Shown here one piece after another: positions 38,940-48,762 of a stretch of 64,000 nt of DNA. The stretch comes from an uncultured Candidatus Binatia bacterium. GTDB taxonomy: Bacteria > Desulfobacterota > Binatia > Bin18. The first letter of the stretch is position 1; every line of letters starts with the position of its first letter. The notes under the pieces were generated by a model, which had not been told where the DNA came from, did no database searches, and worked only from the letters and a program-made list of their open reading frames with translations. The stretch lies in NCBI GenBank assembly GCA_965214605.1, contig OZ243961.1, positions 3,424,001-3,488,000 on the forward strand. Direction: 5' to 3'. Position numbers and translations under genes: made by a program.

Positions 38940-39869
38940 TTAGGTTTTGAGTGCTTTGAACACCGAGCCGAGATCTTCTTTTGCCGTCGCGCCTTTGGCC
39001 AGCTCGACTTTGAGCACATCGCCCAACTCGTCCGGTCCCCAGTCCCCGAGCTTTTTGACCTTTCCCGCAGAATGCCAGCCCTTCATCAGCCACACACAAC
39101 CGCCGCCGACACGGAAGACCTCACCGTGGACCTGAGCCGCATCATCGCTCGCCAGCCAGGCAACAAGCGGGGCGACGTGGTGGGGGCTGAAGTAATCGTG
39201 CTCGCCCTCTTTAGCGTCCATCAAACCGGCCGTCTGGGGTGTGGCGTCAACCGTCAGGCGGGTACGCGCCAGCGGGGCAATCGCGTTGCCGGTCACGCCG
39301 TATTTCTGCATCTCGCGGTCGACGATAATCGCCAGAGTAGCCACCGCAGCTTTGGCCGGGCCATAGTTGGGCTGGCCAGGGCTGCCCAGAAGTCCGGCGT
39401 CCGACGAGGTGTTGATCACCCGGCCGTTCAACACATTGCCCGCTTTATGTTGCTCGCGCCAATACTCGCAAGCGTGGCGGCTGCAGTTGAACGTGCCTTT
39501 CATATGCACGTTGATGACCGCATCCCACTCCTCTTCTGACATATTAAAGATCATCCGGTCGCGTAGGATCCCGGCGTTGTTCACCAGAATATTGAGGTGT
39601 CCAAAGGTATCAATTGCTTGCTCGATAATCCGCTTGGCACCCTTGAAATCGGTCACGCTCTCGGTATTGGCAATCGCGTCTCCTCCGGCGGCTTTGATTT
39701 CGTCGACGACTTGTTGGGCAGGACCGACGTCTGAGCCGGTTCCGTCGAAATGGCCGCCGAGGTCGTTGACCACCAACTTGGCCCCGTGTTTGGCCATAAG
39801 CAGCGCTTCTTCGCGACCGATACCCCGGCCAGCGCCAGTGACGATCGCAACCTTGCCGTCTAGCAACAT
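38940..39869 (-). CDS. SDR family oxidoreductase
   Basis: TGAGRGIG, NNAGILRD and YGPAK motifs. Confidence 0.93.
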   Translation of the reverse strand: MLLDGKVAIVTGAGRGIGREEALLMAKHGAKLVVNDLGGHFDGTGSDVGPAQQVVDEIKAAGGDAIANTESVTDFKGAKRIIEQAIDTFGHLNILVNNAGILRDRMIFNMSEEEWDAVINVHMKGTFNCSRHACEYWREQHKAGNVLNGRVINTSSDAGLLGSPGQPNYGPAKAAVATLAIIVDREMQKYGVTGNAIAPLARTRLTVDATPQTAGLMDAKEGEHDYFSPHHVAPLVAWLASDDAAQVHGEVFRVGGGCVWLMKGWHSAGKVKKLGDWGPDELGDVLKVELAKGATAKEDLGSVFKALKT

Positions 39870-40002
39870 AATAGGCTCTCCTTATTACGACATGGGCATG
39901 ATGAACGAAGGATGAGAAACGTCTCTTGTCTGCCTGACTTCCTCAGATTTGTCAACAGGTTTAGGGGTGGTCCAGAGCCGGGCCGGAAGAGACGAAAACA
40001 AG

Positions 40003-40032
40003 AAAAGGGGGAAGAAGGCTTCCCCCTTTTTT
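40003..40032. terminator. Intrinsic terminator downstream of glnA, likely bidirectional
   Basis: AAAAGGGGGAAG-AAGG-CTTCCCCCTTTTTT perfect 12-bp stem. Confidence 0.8.
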
Positions 40033-40062
40033 AACCCCCGTCAAGTGGGCTGCCGCTTTGAC

Positions 40063-41475
40063 TTAAACATCGTAATACAAGGAGAACTCATACGGGTGGG
40101 GGCGCAGGCGTAGCGGATCAACCTCGTTTTCCTGTTTGTAGTCAATCCAGGTCTCAATCACGTCTTGAGTAAAGACATCGCCTTTGAGGAGAAACTCATG
40201 ATCGTTTTCCAAGGCGTCGAGAGCTGCCGGTAATGAACCGGGAACAGAGGGCACGTTGGTCAGTTCTTCGGGCGTGAGCGAGTAGATATCCTTATCGAGC
40301 GGGTCGCCCGGATTGAGTTTTCGCTCTACACCGTCGAGCCCGGCCAGCAGCATGGCTGAGAAGGCGAGATAGGGATTGCTCGACGGGTCCGGAAACCGGA
40401 CTTCGATACGTTTGGCCTTGGGGCTTGGTGAGTACACCGGGATACGGACCGCAGCCGAGCGGTTCCGAGACGAGTAGGCCAAGTTGACCGGAGCCTCAAA
40501 TCCGGGGACCAGACGGCGATAGGAGTTAGCGGTGGGGGCGACAAAGGCGCATAGGGCCGGGGCGTGAGCCAGGATGCCGCCGATGTAGTTCAGGCCGAAT
40601 TCGCTGATTCCACCATAGCCATCACCGGCAAACAAAGGACTGCCGTGTTTCCATACCGACTGGTGGGTGTGCATGCCTGAGCCATTATCACCAAAAATCG
40701 GTTTGGGCATAAACGTTGCGGTTTTGCCGTGCCGCTTGGCCACATTCTTGACAATATACTTATACCACTGGATCGCGTCGGCCATTTGGACCAGGGGCAG
40801 AAAACGCATGTCGATTTCGGCCTGTCCGGCGGTCGCAACCTCGTGGTGGTGCTTTTCAATCCGGATCCCGATATGCTCCATTGTCCGGATCATTTCGGTT
40901 CGAATGTCTTGGTAGGAATCCAGTGGAGAAACCGGAAAATATCCCTCTTTGTGACGGGGTTTGTAGCCCAAGTTCGGCGCTTCCTCTTGACCGGAATTCC
41001 AGGCGCCCTCAACCGAGTTGACGTGGTAGTAGCCCTCATGCGCGTTCTGGTCGAAACGGACGTCGTCGAGGATGAAGAATTCGGGCTCCGGCCCAAAATA
41101 GGCCACGTCGCCAAGACCGCTCGATTTGAGATACGCCTCGGCCTTACGGGCGATATTCCTCGGGTCGCGCGAATAGTCCTCTTTGGTGATCGGATCAACA
41201 ATATTGCAGATCAAGGACAAGGTCGTGGTTTCACAGAACGGATCTATGACCGCTGTGGTCGCATCTGGGATGACGAGCATGTCTGATGAATCGATCGACT
41301 GCCAGCCACGAATCGAAGAACCGTCAAAGCCAAGCCCGTCTTCGAAGATCTCTTCTTCGTATTCGCTCAGCGGGATGGAAAAATGCTGCCAGGTACCGAT
41401 AAAGTCCATGAACTTGAGGTCCACAACCTCGGCCCTTCTCTCCTGCGCTAAGGCAACCGCTTCTTGGGGTGTCAT
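40063..41475 (-). CDS. glnA: Glutamine synthetase type I
   Basis: [39 protein letters not shown] and DKDIY adenylylation site; start at ATG 41475. Confidence 0.97.
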   Translation of the reverse strand: MTPQEAVALAQERRAEVVDLKFMDFIGTWQHFSIPLSEYEEEIFEDGLGFDGSSIRGWQSIDSSDMLVIPDATTAVIDPFCETTTLSLICNIVDPITKEDYSRDPRNIARKAEAYLKSSGLGDVAYFGPEPEFFILDDVRFDQNAHEGYYHVNSVEGAWNSGQEEAPNLGYKPRHKEGYFPVSPLDSYQDIRTEMIRTMEHIGIRIEKHHHEVATAGQAEIDMRFLPLVQMADAIQWYKYIVKNVAKRHGKTATFMPKPIFGDNGSGMHTHQSVWKHGSPLFAGDGYGGISEFGLNYIGGILAHAPALCAFVAPTANSYRRLVPGFEAPVNLAYSSRNRSAAVRIPVYSPSPKAKRIEVRFPDPSSNPYLAFSAMLLAGLDGVERKLNPGDPLDKDIYSLTPEELTNVPSVPGSLPAALDALENDHEFLLKGDVFTQDVIETWIDYKQENEVDPLRLRPHPYEFSLYYDV

Positions 41476-41521
41476 ACGTTTCCTATCCTCCTGTACTGCA
41501 GTGCTTTTGGGGTCAATCAGA

Positions 41522-41896
<375 letters not shown>

Positions 41897-41934
41897 CTAG
41901 TGTAAAACGACCGGCTTGTAAAGCATCTAAAAGA

Positions 41935-41951
41935 AGCAAGAAGAATACCAA
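41935..41951 (-). promoter_or_regulatory. Sigma-54 (-24/-12) promoter for glnB-glnA
   Basis: Minus strand TTGGTATTCTTCTTGCT has exact GG-N10-GC spacing, about 75 bp upstream of glnB. Confidence 0.72.
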
Positions 41952-42012
41952 ACACCTCGGCAGACAAATGGGTGGTTTTTTGGAAAACAGCCTATTTGTC
42001 GAGGGCGAGAGT

Positions 42013-42047
42013 TGCCTATTTCTCAGGCAGCGCTCTTTTTTTAGGCA
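42013..42047. promoter_or_regulatory. Tandem putative enhancer-binding-protein sites
   Basis: TGCCT-ATTTCTC-AGGCA (42013-42029) and CGCTC-TTTTTTT-AGGCA (42031-42047), upstream of the sigma-54 promoter. Confidence 0.55.
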
Positions 42048-42691
42048 GAAGAGTTAGGCTCTTTACGCGCCACTTCTTTCGTGCCGGAGCTGGGCCGAAA
42101 TGGAGCCTCTTGGCCCTTCCACAAGCGCCTTATGTTGTCGCGGTGGCGCATGATGATGAGCAGGACAATGACCGAGACACCAAGCAGGTAGGGTCTGGGA
42201 TAGGCAAAAAGGGCCAGCAGAGGTGGCGTCGTGAGTGCTGCAGCTAGGGACGCCCCAGAAACAATCCGGCTGGCGGCAAAGGTAACGATAAACACGACCA
42301 GAGCCACCAGGGTCGCTAACGGGGCTAAGCCCAGCAGGATACCGAGACCGGTAGCGACTCCCTTACCCCCTGAAAAACCCAAGAAGATCGAAAACATGTG
42401 GCCGACAACAACCGCTACGGCTGTCGTGGCGTGAACGGTCGGTCCCAGGTCAAGCATCCCTACCACCAACACCGGGATCAACCCCTTTGCCATATCCCCC
42501 ACCAAGGTCAGGATGCCGGCTGTTTTACCCGCAGTGCGGGCCAGATTGGTTGCGCCGATGTTGCCACTACCAGTCTCACGGACCGCAATGCCTAGACGGC
42601 GACCGATGAGTTCACCGGTGGGGATTGAGCCGCACATATAGGCGATGACGAAAGACAGCAGGCAGGCGACGCAGGCGAACTCTTGCAGCAT
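42041..42691 (-). CDS. plsY: Glycerol-3-phosphate 1-O-acyltransferase
   Basis: GSIPTG, GSGNIGATN, GH.FS, GGKGVAT and HRDNIRRL motifs; start at ATG 42691. Confidence 0.95.
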   Translation of the reverse strand: MLQEFACVACLLSFVIAYMCGSIPTGELIGRRLGIAVRETGSGNIGATNLARTAGKTAGILTLVGDMAKGLIPVLVVGMLDLGPTVHATTAVAVVVGHMFSIFLGFSGGKGVATGLGILLGLAPLATLVALVVFIVTFAASRIVSGASLAAALTTPPLLALFAYPRPYLLGVSVIVLLIIMRHRDNIRRLWKGQEAPFRPSSGTKEVARKEPNSSA

Positions 42692-42731
42692 GGAGTAGCC
42701 GATAAGAGGAAGACTAAGGATGGAGGAAAGA

Positions 42732-42808
42732 TGGTCGGGGTGACTGGATTTGAACCAGCGACCCCACGGTCCCGAACCGTGTGCTCTACCAGGCTGAGCC
42801 ACACCCCG
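42732..42808 (-). tRNA. tRNA-Pro(CGG)
   Basis: CGGGGTG acceptor, anticodon arm CACGG-TTCGGGA-CCGTG, GGTTCAAATCC, encoded CCA. Confidence 0.97.
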
Positions 42809-42900
42809 ACATAGCCAGAGATCTCCTCCCTTCTAATAGCGTTTGATGGGGAAGAGGGTCAAGTAGGGGATATTGAGAAGAAGGAAATGTCACAACTTGA

Positions 42901-43335
42901 TCAGTACAGGGGACAGGATAACAGGGGGCCTGCTGAGGCGAATCCGTTCTGTGCCAGTAGCTCTTGGTCTGGTTGGTCGGATTGTCCCCACAGCTGTTGA
43001 CAGCCCCGCTTGCAGGCCCGGGCCTTGGCAAAGTCGAGCAGGGCCTGAGCGATGTCTTGGCTTGCGGTGGGACGAACGATCATGTCGAGAAGCGCTTGCC
43101 AGCCGGACGATCTGAGTGTCCGTACATAACACACCAGCAGCATACCCTGAACGGCGCCGGCCTGTTCGGCGATGTAGAAGTCAAGGGTCGGATCACTCGC
43201 CAGGCGTCGCCAGTGGCGGGTTTCGGCTCGGCTAATTGGCCCAGGCGTGCTTGGGGTGGTGAGTATCCGCAGGGCGGGTATATCGGTTCGTTTTGCGCGG
43301 CGTATACGGAGTCTGTCGTCCGGTCGCTGAGCCAT
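42901..43335 (-). CDS. GNAT family N-acetyltransferase (degenerate motif A)
   Basis: IRRAK..D, FYIAE...V.G, ALLDFAKARA..RGC and NGF patterns. Confidence 0.65.
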   Translation of the reverse strand: MAQRPDDRLRIRRAKRTDIPALRILTTPSTPGPISRAETRHWRRLASDPTLDFYIAEQAGAVQGMLLVCYVRTLRSSGWQALLDMIVRPTASQDIAQALLDFAKARACKRGCQQLWGQSDQPDQELLAQNGFASAGPLLSCPLY

Positions 43336-43490
43336 AGCCCGGAGCACCCTAGCATAAAGCCCGCTTGCAGGGAAGGAATGCTAAGGGTCCTGCCCGCACC
43401 TCGCTGTTTGCCGCTCTTTACGTTTGGAGTATGACCGTTTAGGTTTCAGACATCTCGACTGGCCATGCTCTTGAAGCACTTTTGGATCCC

Positions 43491-44789
43491 ATGCCTGCTC
43501 AGTCTCACCGCCTGACCATTGATCGCCTATCCCACGGTCCAGCTGGCATCGGTCGGATTGACGGAAAGGTGGTTTTTGTGCCCGGCACGGTGCCCGGCGA
43601 TACGGTTGAGGTGGTGATTGAGGAGGACAAAAAGACTTACGCTGTCGCCCGTCTTGTCTCCGTCGAACAGCCCTCAGCCCAGCGCCGGCAAGCCCCGTGT
43701 CCCTATATTCCTCGGTGTGGCGGCTGTCCCTGGCAGCATATACGCTATGATGAGCAACTCCGAGCCAAACAAGCGCTGGTCGAGGAGCAGATGCGACGGA
43801 TTGGCGGACTGATCAAGCCACCGGTTCTGCCCATTATTCCCAGTCCCCAGGAGTGGTCCTATCGACACCGTATCCGGCTACGGACCGAGCCGCCGGCCCG
43901 GTTGGGCTTTTACCAGGCCCGCTCACACGACTTGGTTGAGATTGAGTCGTGCCGTATCGCCGGGGAGACGAACCCACAACAGCTGAGGACGGCCCGCCAA
44001 TGGTTGGCCGTGTTGCGAACGACCGTACGGCGGCTTGAGCTGTTGAGCGGCGAGGTCAGAGCTGGCCTCGAGGCGTCTCGAACCGTGCTCGTCGGTAATG
44101 CCGAGGGGCCGTTCCAAGCCGCCGATGCTGCGACGTGTCGGCGTTTTCTGAACAAGCACTCCGAGCTTGGCGGGCTGGTGCTGTTTGGCCGCGGCTGGCG
44201 CCGTGAGTGGGGCCAGATTGGGATTAGCCTGGACCTCGGCGTTGATAATCTGCGGCTGTCTGTCAGCAGCGGGGTCTTTACCCAGGTGAATCTGGCCGGC
44301 AACCGGATCCTGATTGAAACCGTGCTGCGACTCGGCGACTTCAGCCCCCACGACCGTGTTATCGAACTCTACTGTGGGGCTGGGAATCTGAGCCTCCCGA
44401 TCGCCTCTCGGGTGGAGGGGCTGACTGGGATAGAGCGGGATCGGGTGGCGGTTGCCAATGCCCGCGCAAATGCGGCTCGGTTCGGTTTTACCACGCTGCG
44501 TTTTGTGCATGCCTCGGTACGCCAGGGCATCGACGCTCTACTCAGGAGCGGACAGCGGGCCGACGTCCTTGTCCTGGACCCGTCCCGGGCCGGAGCCGCC
44601 GATATTATCGACCGTCTGCCGCGGCTGGAGGCGCGTAAGATCGTCTATGTTTCGTGTGATCCAGCCACTCTGGCCCGGGATATACGTCACCTCGGACAGT
44701 ACCGCTATCGGCTTGCCGCCCTCCAACCCATCGACCTTTTTCCCCATACCCACCATGTGGAGACGGTTGCGCTCGCCGTATTGACTTGA
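43491..44789 (+). CDS. rlmD: TrmA/RlmD-family RNA (uracil-5)-methyltransferase
   Basis: TRAM domain, CPY...CGGC, FTQVN, ELYCGAG, DPSR.G, YVSC and DLFPHT.HVE motifs. Confidence 0.88.
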   Translation: MPAQSHRLTIDRLSHGPAGIGRIDGKVVFVPGTVPGDTVEVVIEEDKKTYAVARLVSVEQPSAQRRQAPCPYIPRCGGCPWQHIRYDEQLRAKQALVEEQMRRIGGLIKPPVLPIIPSPQEWSYRHRIRLRTEPPARLGFYQARSHDLVEIESCRIAGETNPQQLRTARQWLAVLRTTVRRLELLSGEVRAGLEASRTVLVGNAEGPFQAADAATCRRFLNKHSELGGLVLFGRGWRREWGQIGISLDLGVDNLRLSVSSGVFTQVNLAGNRILIETVLRLGDFSPHDRVIELYCGAGNLSLPIASRVEGLTGIERDRVAVANARANAARFGFTTLRFVHASVRQGIDALLRSGQRADVLVLDPSRAGAADIIDRLPRLEARKIVYVSCDPATLARDIRHLGQYRYRLAALQPIDLFPHTHHVETVALAVLT

Positions 44790-44885
44790 AGATGTCCACT
44801 CCCTATGCTTCCCAGCTCCAGTTGAGAAATTCCAGTGTGTGGCAGAGGACGTAGCAATAGGCTGCGTATGAGTTGGAGGCATGCC

Positions 44886-45152
44886 GTGTCAACGACGACC
44901 CAAAAGAGCCCAAACCAAGAAAGCCCAAAACGACCAAAGGTCACCCTTATTCCTGGCAGAGGTATCTCCCAGACGATTAACTATTTGCTCGAAGACCGCA
45001 GTGAGCTGGAGTGGCTTGTCGCGGTTGGACGCAATAAAAAAGGCGAGATTTTCTTCTACGATACTGGCGGGGATATTATTGAGGATCTCGGCGCGCTTGA
45101 GTATTTAAAACAGCGTCTTACACGCTCTCACCTCAGTGAAGAGTGGGAATAG
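44886..45152 (+). CDS. Small hypothetical protein
   Basis: GGAGG 6 nt before GTG 44886; protein-like 88-aa sequence. Confidence 0.6.
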   Translation: MSTTTQKSPNQESPKRPKVTLIPGRGISQTINYLLEDRSELEWLVAVGRNKKGEIFFYDTGGDIIEDLGALEYLKQRLTRSHLSEEWE

Positions 45153-45196
45153 AGAGGTGAGAGTCGGGCCGCGTATCAAACCGTAGACAGGTCCTT

Positions 45197-45595
45197 TTAG
45201 TCATCCGGAGCCTCGGTCGGCTGCCCGGCAATGATCTGCTCGCCCTCAATTGTGAGCGGCACTCTGGCTAAGAACTGTCCACACGGCGGACCAAAAATAC
45301 ACTCGCCAGTATCCGGCTCATAGGCCGCGCCGTGGGTGGCGCATAGGATATAGCGGCCGTCTTCATTCAGCAACTGATTTTCAACCCAGTCCATCGTCAT
45401 CGGGACGTGGCGGCAGCTGTTGACATAGGCAAACAGCTCACCCTTGTAGTTCACGATGAAGCACTCGGTTTCTCGTCCGTTTACCGTGCGAATGAATTTC
45501 TTGGTGCACCCGGGTTTTATTTCGCCCAGCTGAGCGACGACCCGTCCCCTCGTGTAGAGCAGTTCGCTTTGCCCGTCATCGTCCTGATACGCCAC
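45197..45595 (-). CDS. Rieske [2Fe-2S] ferredoxin
   Basis: NSCRH, CATHGA and G.C..GP motifs. Confidence 0.9.
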   Translation of the reverse strand: MAYQDDDGQSELLYTRGRVVAQLGEIKPGCTKKFIRTVNGRETECFIVNYKGELFAYVNSCRHVPMTMDWVENQLLNEDGRYILCATHGAAYEPDTGECIFGPPCGQFLARVPLTIEGEQIIAGQPTEAPDD

Positions 45596-45680
45596 CTTGG
45601 TCTCCCATCTTGCCCGACTGTTGTAACATAGCGGTCAACATAGCATAAGGAGGCGAAGGCAAAAGTCGGGAGAAAGGCGG

Positions 45681-46316
45681 ATGGCAAACGGCAAACGGCA
45701 AACGGCAAAACGAGCGGTGGGCGGATTAGCGGCAGGTCTAGCGCTCTGTTGGGCGTTGGTTGCGAGGGCCCAAGATGGTGCTCCGGTGCCACCGTTGGAA
45801 GCCGGTCTGGTGCTGACCTTGCATCCGATTTTTGTCCATTTTGCGGTGGCGCTGACGGTATGTGGCTGTGTGCTGGACTGCGCGGGCAGTCTGTGCCGTC
45901 AGCTCAACTGGCAACGGCTTGGACGCCCGAGTTTCTTTGCCGGAGTTGGGGCTATGGGCTTGGCTGTGCTGAGCGGTTGGATCGAACAACAGCTCCCCCA
46001 GCCGAACAGTGTTTTTGATGCCCAGATTCAGGATTTGCTCATCTATCACGAGTACCTTGGATATGGTCTCCTCGGATTTTTTCTTGTGCTGGCGGTGATT
46101 CGGGCTCAGATCGATGAGCGTCTACCGCTGTTTTTTGTGATTCTGACCGGGGTCGGACTCGGCGGACTTGTCCTTCAGGGGCATTGGGGAGGGGAATTGG
46201 TGTACCGCTACGGGACGAGTGTGCGAGCCGTACACATCCTGAGCCAACCACACTCCGAGTTGAAAAACAAAACAGCCCCCAAGAACGCCTCCGGGGCTGT
46301 TGGGGGGCAAGAATAA
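45681..46316 (+). CDS. DUF2231-like membrane protein
   Basis: LHPIFVHF, conserved HE, GH.GGELVY.YG; four TM segments plus a signal-like N-terminus. Confidence 0.82.
   Translation: MANGKRQTAKRAVGGLAAGLALCWALVARAQDGAPVPPLEAGLVLTLHPIFVHFAVALTVCGCVLDCAGSLCRQLNWQRLGRPSFFAGVGAMGLAVLSGWIEQQLPQPNSVFDAQIQDLLIYHEYLGYGLLGFFLVLAVIRAQIDERLPLFFVILTGVGLGGLVLQGHWGGELVYRYGTSVRAVHILSQPHSELKNKTAPKNASGAVGGQE
45683..45710 (+). repeat. Heptanucleotide tandem repeat (GGCAAAC)x3 + GGCAAAA
   Basis: Read directly; begins in the start codon of the DUF2231-like ORF. Confidence 0.9.
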
Positions 46317-46322
46317 AGGGTC

Positions 46323-46526
46323 TTAGCCCGCAGTTTCTTCAGCCACAAATCCACACGTCTGGTGCGTGCCATCACAAAACGGTTTATTGGAGGACTGACC
46401 GCAGCGGCACAGGTACATGGGGTCTTCTTGGCCGGTATATTCAGCCCGCTTCTGATCGGTAAGTTTTGCGCCACCACGCACCTCATACGGACCGTTTTTC
46501 AGTGCACGAATCATCACATCTGCCAT
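46323..46526 (-). CDS. CDGSH iron-sulfur domain protein
   Basis: NGPY and LCRCGQSSNKPFCDGTH motifs; AGGAGG RBS. Confidence 0.93.
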   Translation of the reverse strand: MADVMIRALKNGPYEVRGGAKLTDQKRAEYTGQEDPMYLCRCGQSSNKPFCDGTHQTCGFVAEETAG

Positions 46527-46655
46527 ACATTTCCCTCCTTAGAAGTATGAAAAAGTGCCCTATCGGTTCGGCGTCTGGATTATGGCATACCTCCTGCCGA
46601 GCTGCAATCTCTGGCCTATGTGTCCGGGACTTCTAGCATATGAATTGTTGAGGAT

Positions 46656-47786
46656 TCACTCGCCCTCGTCCTGCGCCGGGTGCGGCTCGGGCGATAGGCC
46701 GAACGGCTCAAGCGACAGGCTAGTCTGGCCGGTCGTAATCAGCTCGCTGATCAGCCGACCGGTAATCGGGGCCAGGAGAATACCGTTGCGATGATGGCCG
46801 GTGGCCAGGACAACGTTGTCCAAACCGGGTGCCCGCCCCAATATCGGTCGCCGGGTCGGAGAGTAGGGGCGCAAGCCCGCCCAGCAGCGGCTGAGTGGGG
46901 CTTTGCCGATACCTGGGACCACGCTGTCGGCCCATTCGGCTAAGCGCCGAATCGCTTCGACTGTCACGTCCTTGTTATAGCCGATAAATTCAACCGTAGA
47001 GCCAAGAATGATCTCACCGTCCTTGCGCGGCACCAGATAGCGGTCGCCGCTTGAAATGACATGACGGAGTTGGTCTGTGCGAAGGGCCAGCATTTGTCCC
47101 TTAGCTGGCCGGACCGGGATCGTCAGGTCAAACAGCGCGCCGACTTGGCCGGACCACGATCCGGCCGCGATCACAACGGTATCAGTACTCACCCAGTCGT
47201 TTCCGATCCGAATCTCACCGACCCGCCCGCTGCGGATACGAACTTCGTTAACCGTTGTCCCTGTGTGGAGGCTGACCCCACGTTGCCGTGCAGCTTGAGC
47301 CCAGGCTTGGGCCAGCTTGCCGTTGTGTAGGTGGTGATCTGCGGCAAAATGGACGGCCGCCCGCAAGGCCGGCGTGAGGCTTGGTTCGCGGTGCCGGGCC
47401 GCTTCGGCCGATAGCCAGCTCACGGCGTGGCCCTGTTCGTAGCGAAGTTCGTACAAGCGTCGGTAGTGCTGCTCGTCCGCTTCGGTCAGCAGAATCTCGA
47501 GCACACCGGGGGTTTGGTACTCAATATCGATCCCGGTACGTTCTTCCAACTCACGAATAAGGGCCGGATAGAGGGCCTGGCTCGCGCTTTTAAGCCGATA
47601 CATCGGACCGCTTTTGGACCCGCCACTGGTTGCGGCCAGTATCCCGGCCGCGGCTGCCGACGCTTCTTGGCCGCCCTGATTCTTGTCCAGCAGCCAGGTG
47701 CGGACGTTTTGCCCCGCCAGGTGATAGGCCACCGAGATGCCGATGAGACCTCCGCCGATAACGACGGCATCTGTTGCGATTGCCAT
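46656..47786 (-). CDS. thiO: Glycine oxidase-like FAD-dependent oxidoreductase
   Basis: GGGLIG, AS.AAAGIL, P.KGQ, YLVPR, WAGLRP and GHHRNGILLAP motifs. Confidence 0.85.
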   Translation of the reverse strand: MAIATDAVVIGGGLIGISVAYHLAGQNVRTWLLDKNQGGQEASAAAAGILAATSGGSKSGPMYRLKSASQALYPALIRELEERTGIDIEYQTPGVLEILLTEADEQHYRRLYELRYEQGHAVSWLSAEAARHREPSLTPALRAAVHFAADHHLHNGKLAQAWAQAARQRGVSLHTGTTVNEVRIRSGRVGEIRIGNDWVSTDTVVIAAGSWSGQVGALFDLTIPVRPAKGQMLALRTDQLRHVISSGDRYLVPRKDGEIILGSTVEFIGYNKDVTVEAIRRLAEWADSVVPGIGKAPLSRCWAGLRPYSPTRRPILGRAPGLDNVVLATGHHRNGILLAPITGRLISELITTGQTSLSLEPFGLSPEPHPAQDEGE

Positions 47787-47824
47787 AGCCGGTTATTGTA
47801 ACGAGGGGGTGCAGAAAGAAAAGA

Positions 47825-48688
47825 TCAAGACGACCCCGTGGTGAAGGCCGGGAGCCGGCCGCTGAGCAGGCCGCCGAGCTCGGCGGCCGCAATACGCAGG
47901 CCCAGATAAAAGGCCCCAAACAGACCATACATCGCGCTGGCCTCATCAAAGCGCATCTCATATACCAGCTGCTTAAAGACCCGTGGGTCATCGGCAAACA
48001 GATCTACGCCCCACTCCCAGTCGTCAAAGCCGACCGAGCCGGAAATAATCTGATTGACCCGACCGGCGTAGCGTCGGCCAACCAAACCGTGTTCACGCAT
48101 CATTTTCTGTCGCTCAATAATCGGTACGTGGTACCAATTGTGGACCTCTCCCCGTTTTTTATCCATCGGGTAGAAGCACAGATAGCGGCGGGCCGGGATA
48201 GCAGGCGCAATACGCGCGGCCATGGCCCGACGCTGGCGTTCGAGTTCGGCCTGTACCGCCTCGTCCCACTCCGGCGTATATGCCTGAAGCCCTTGCTCGT
48301 GTAGCGCCGTGTACAGCCGCACCGAGGCTTCGTATAAGCCCAACTCAACCGTTGACACATACGAGGTGCTCGGCTCAAGAAATTCTAGGAGTTTCAGCTG
48401 GGCGAGGCGCAGTTCGACCGCATTTAACTCATCCAAGCTGGACCGGAAATGGACTAGCATCAGATCGCCCTTGTGACCGAGTTGAGAGAACACGGCACTG
48501 GTGTCCGAGCCTTCCATCTCGGTCAACACGCGGGCGGCGTCTTCTACCACCGCCTGCTGCTCGGTAGCTGGCACGGCTTTCCAGAGCGACCAGCGGATGC
48601 GAAACATCTGGTGCAGAATCGCAGACCCGTCAAGGGTGAGCGGGACAGGGGGGAGAAAAGGGGGGGGGTGAGCGTGATCGGCTGTCAT
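47825..48688 (-). CDS. hemQ: Coproheme decarboxylase (chlorite dismutase-like)
   Basis: GHKGDLM, FYPMDKKR, NWY, MREHG..GR.Y, DDWEWGV and VYEMRFDE motifs. Confidence 0.88.
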   Translation of the reverse strand: MTADHAHPPPFLPPVPLTLDGSAILHQMFRIRWSLWKAVPATEQQAVVEDAARVLTEMEGSDTSAVFSQLGHKGDLMLVHFRSSLDELNAVELRLAQLKLLEFLEPSTSYVSTVELGLYEASVRLYTALHEQGLQAYTPEWDEAVQAELERQRRAMAARIAPAIPARRYLCFYPMDKKRGEVHNWYHVPIIERQKMMREHGLVGRRYAGRVNQIISGSVGFDDWEWGVDLFADDPRVFKQLVYEMRFDEASAMYGLFGAFYLGLRIAAAELGGLLSGRLPAFTTGSS

Positions 48689-48762
48689 ACGCGCTTCCTC
48701 ATTGTGTCACAATCTTTATCTTTCATCTAACGGCTGTGGTATGAGCTGTCAAAAGGGAAGCA

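Noticed and set aside
42692-42802. N-terminal extension of the plsY ORF, and similar extensions of copA, glnA, the isochorismatase, the LMW phosphatase and the TonB receptor
   Set aside because: Longest-ORF artefacts overlapping a tRNA or neighbouring genes, or lacking family-like sequence; better starts exist downstream.
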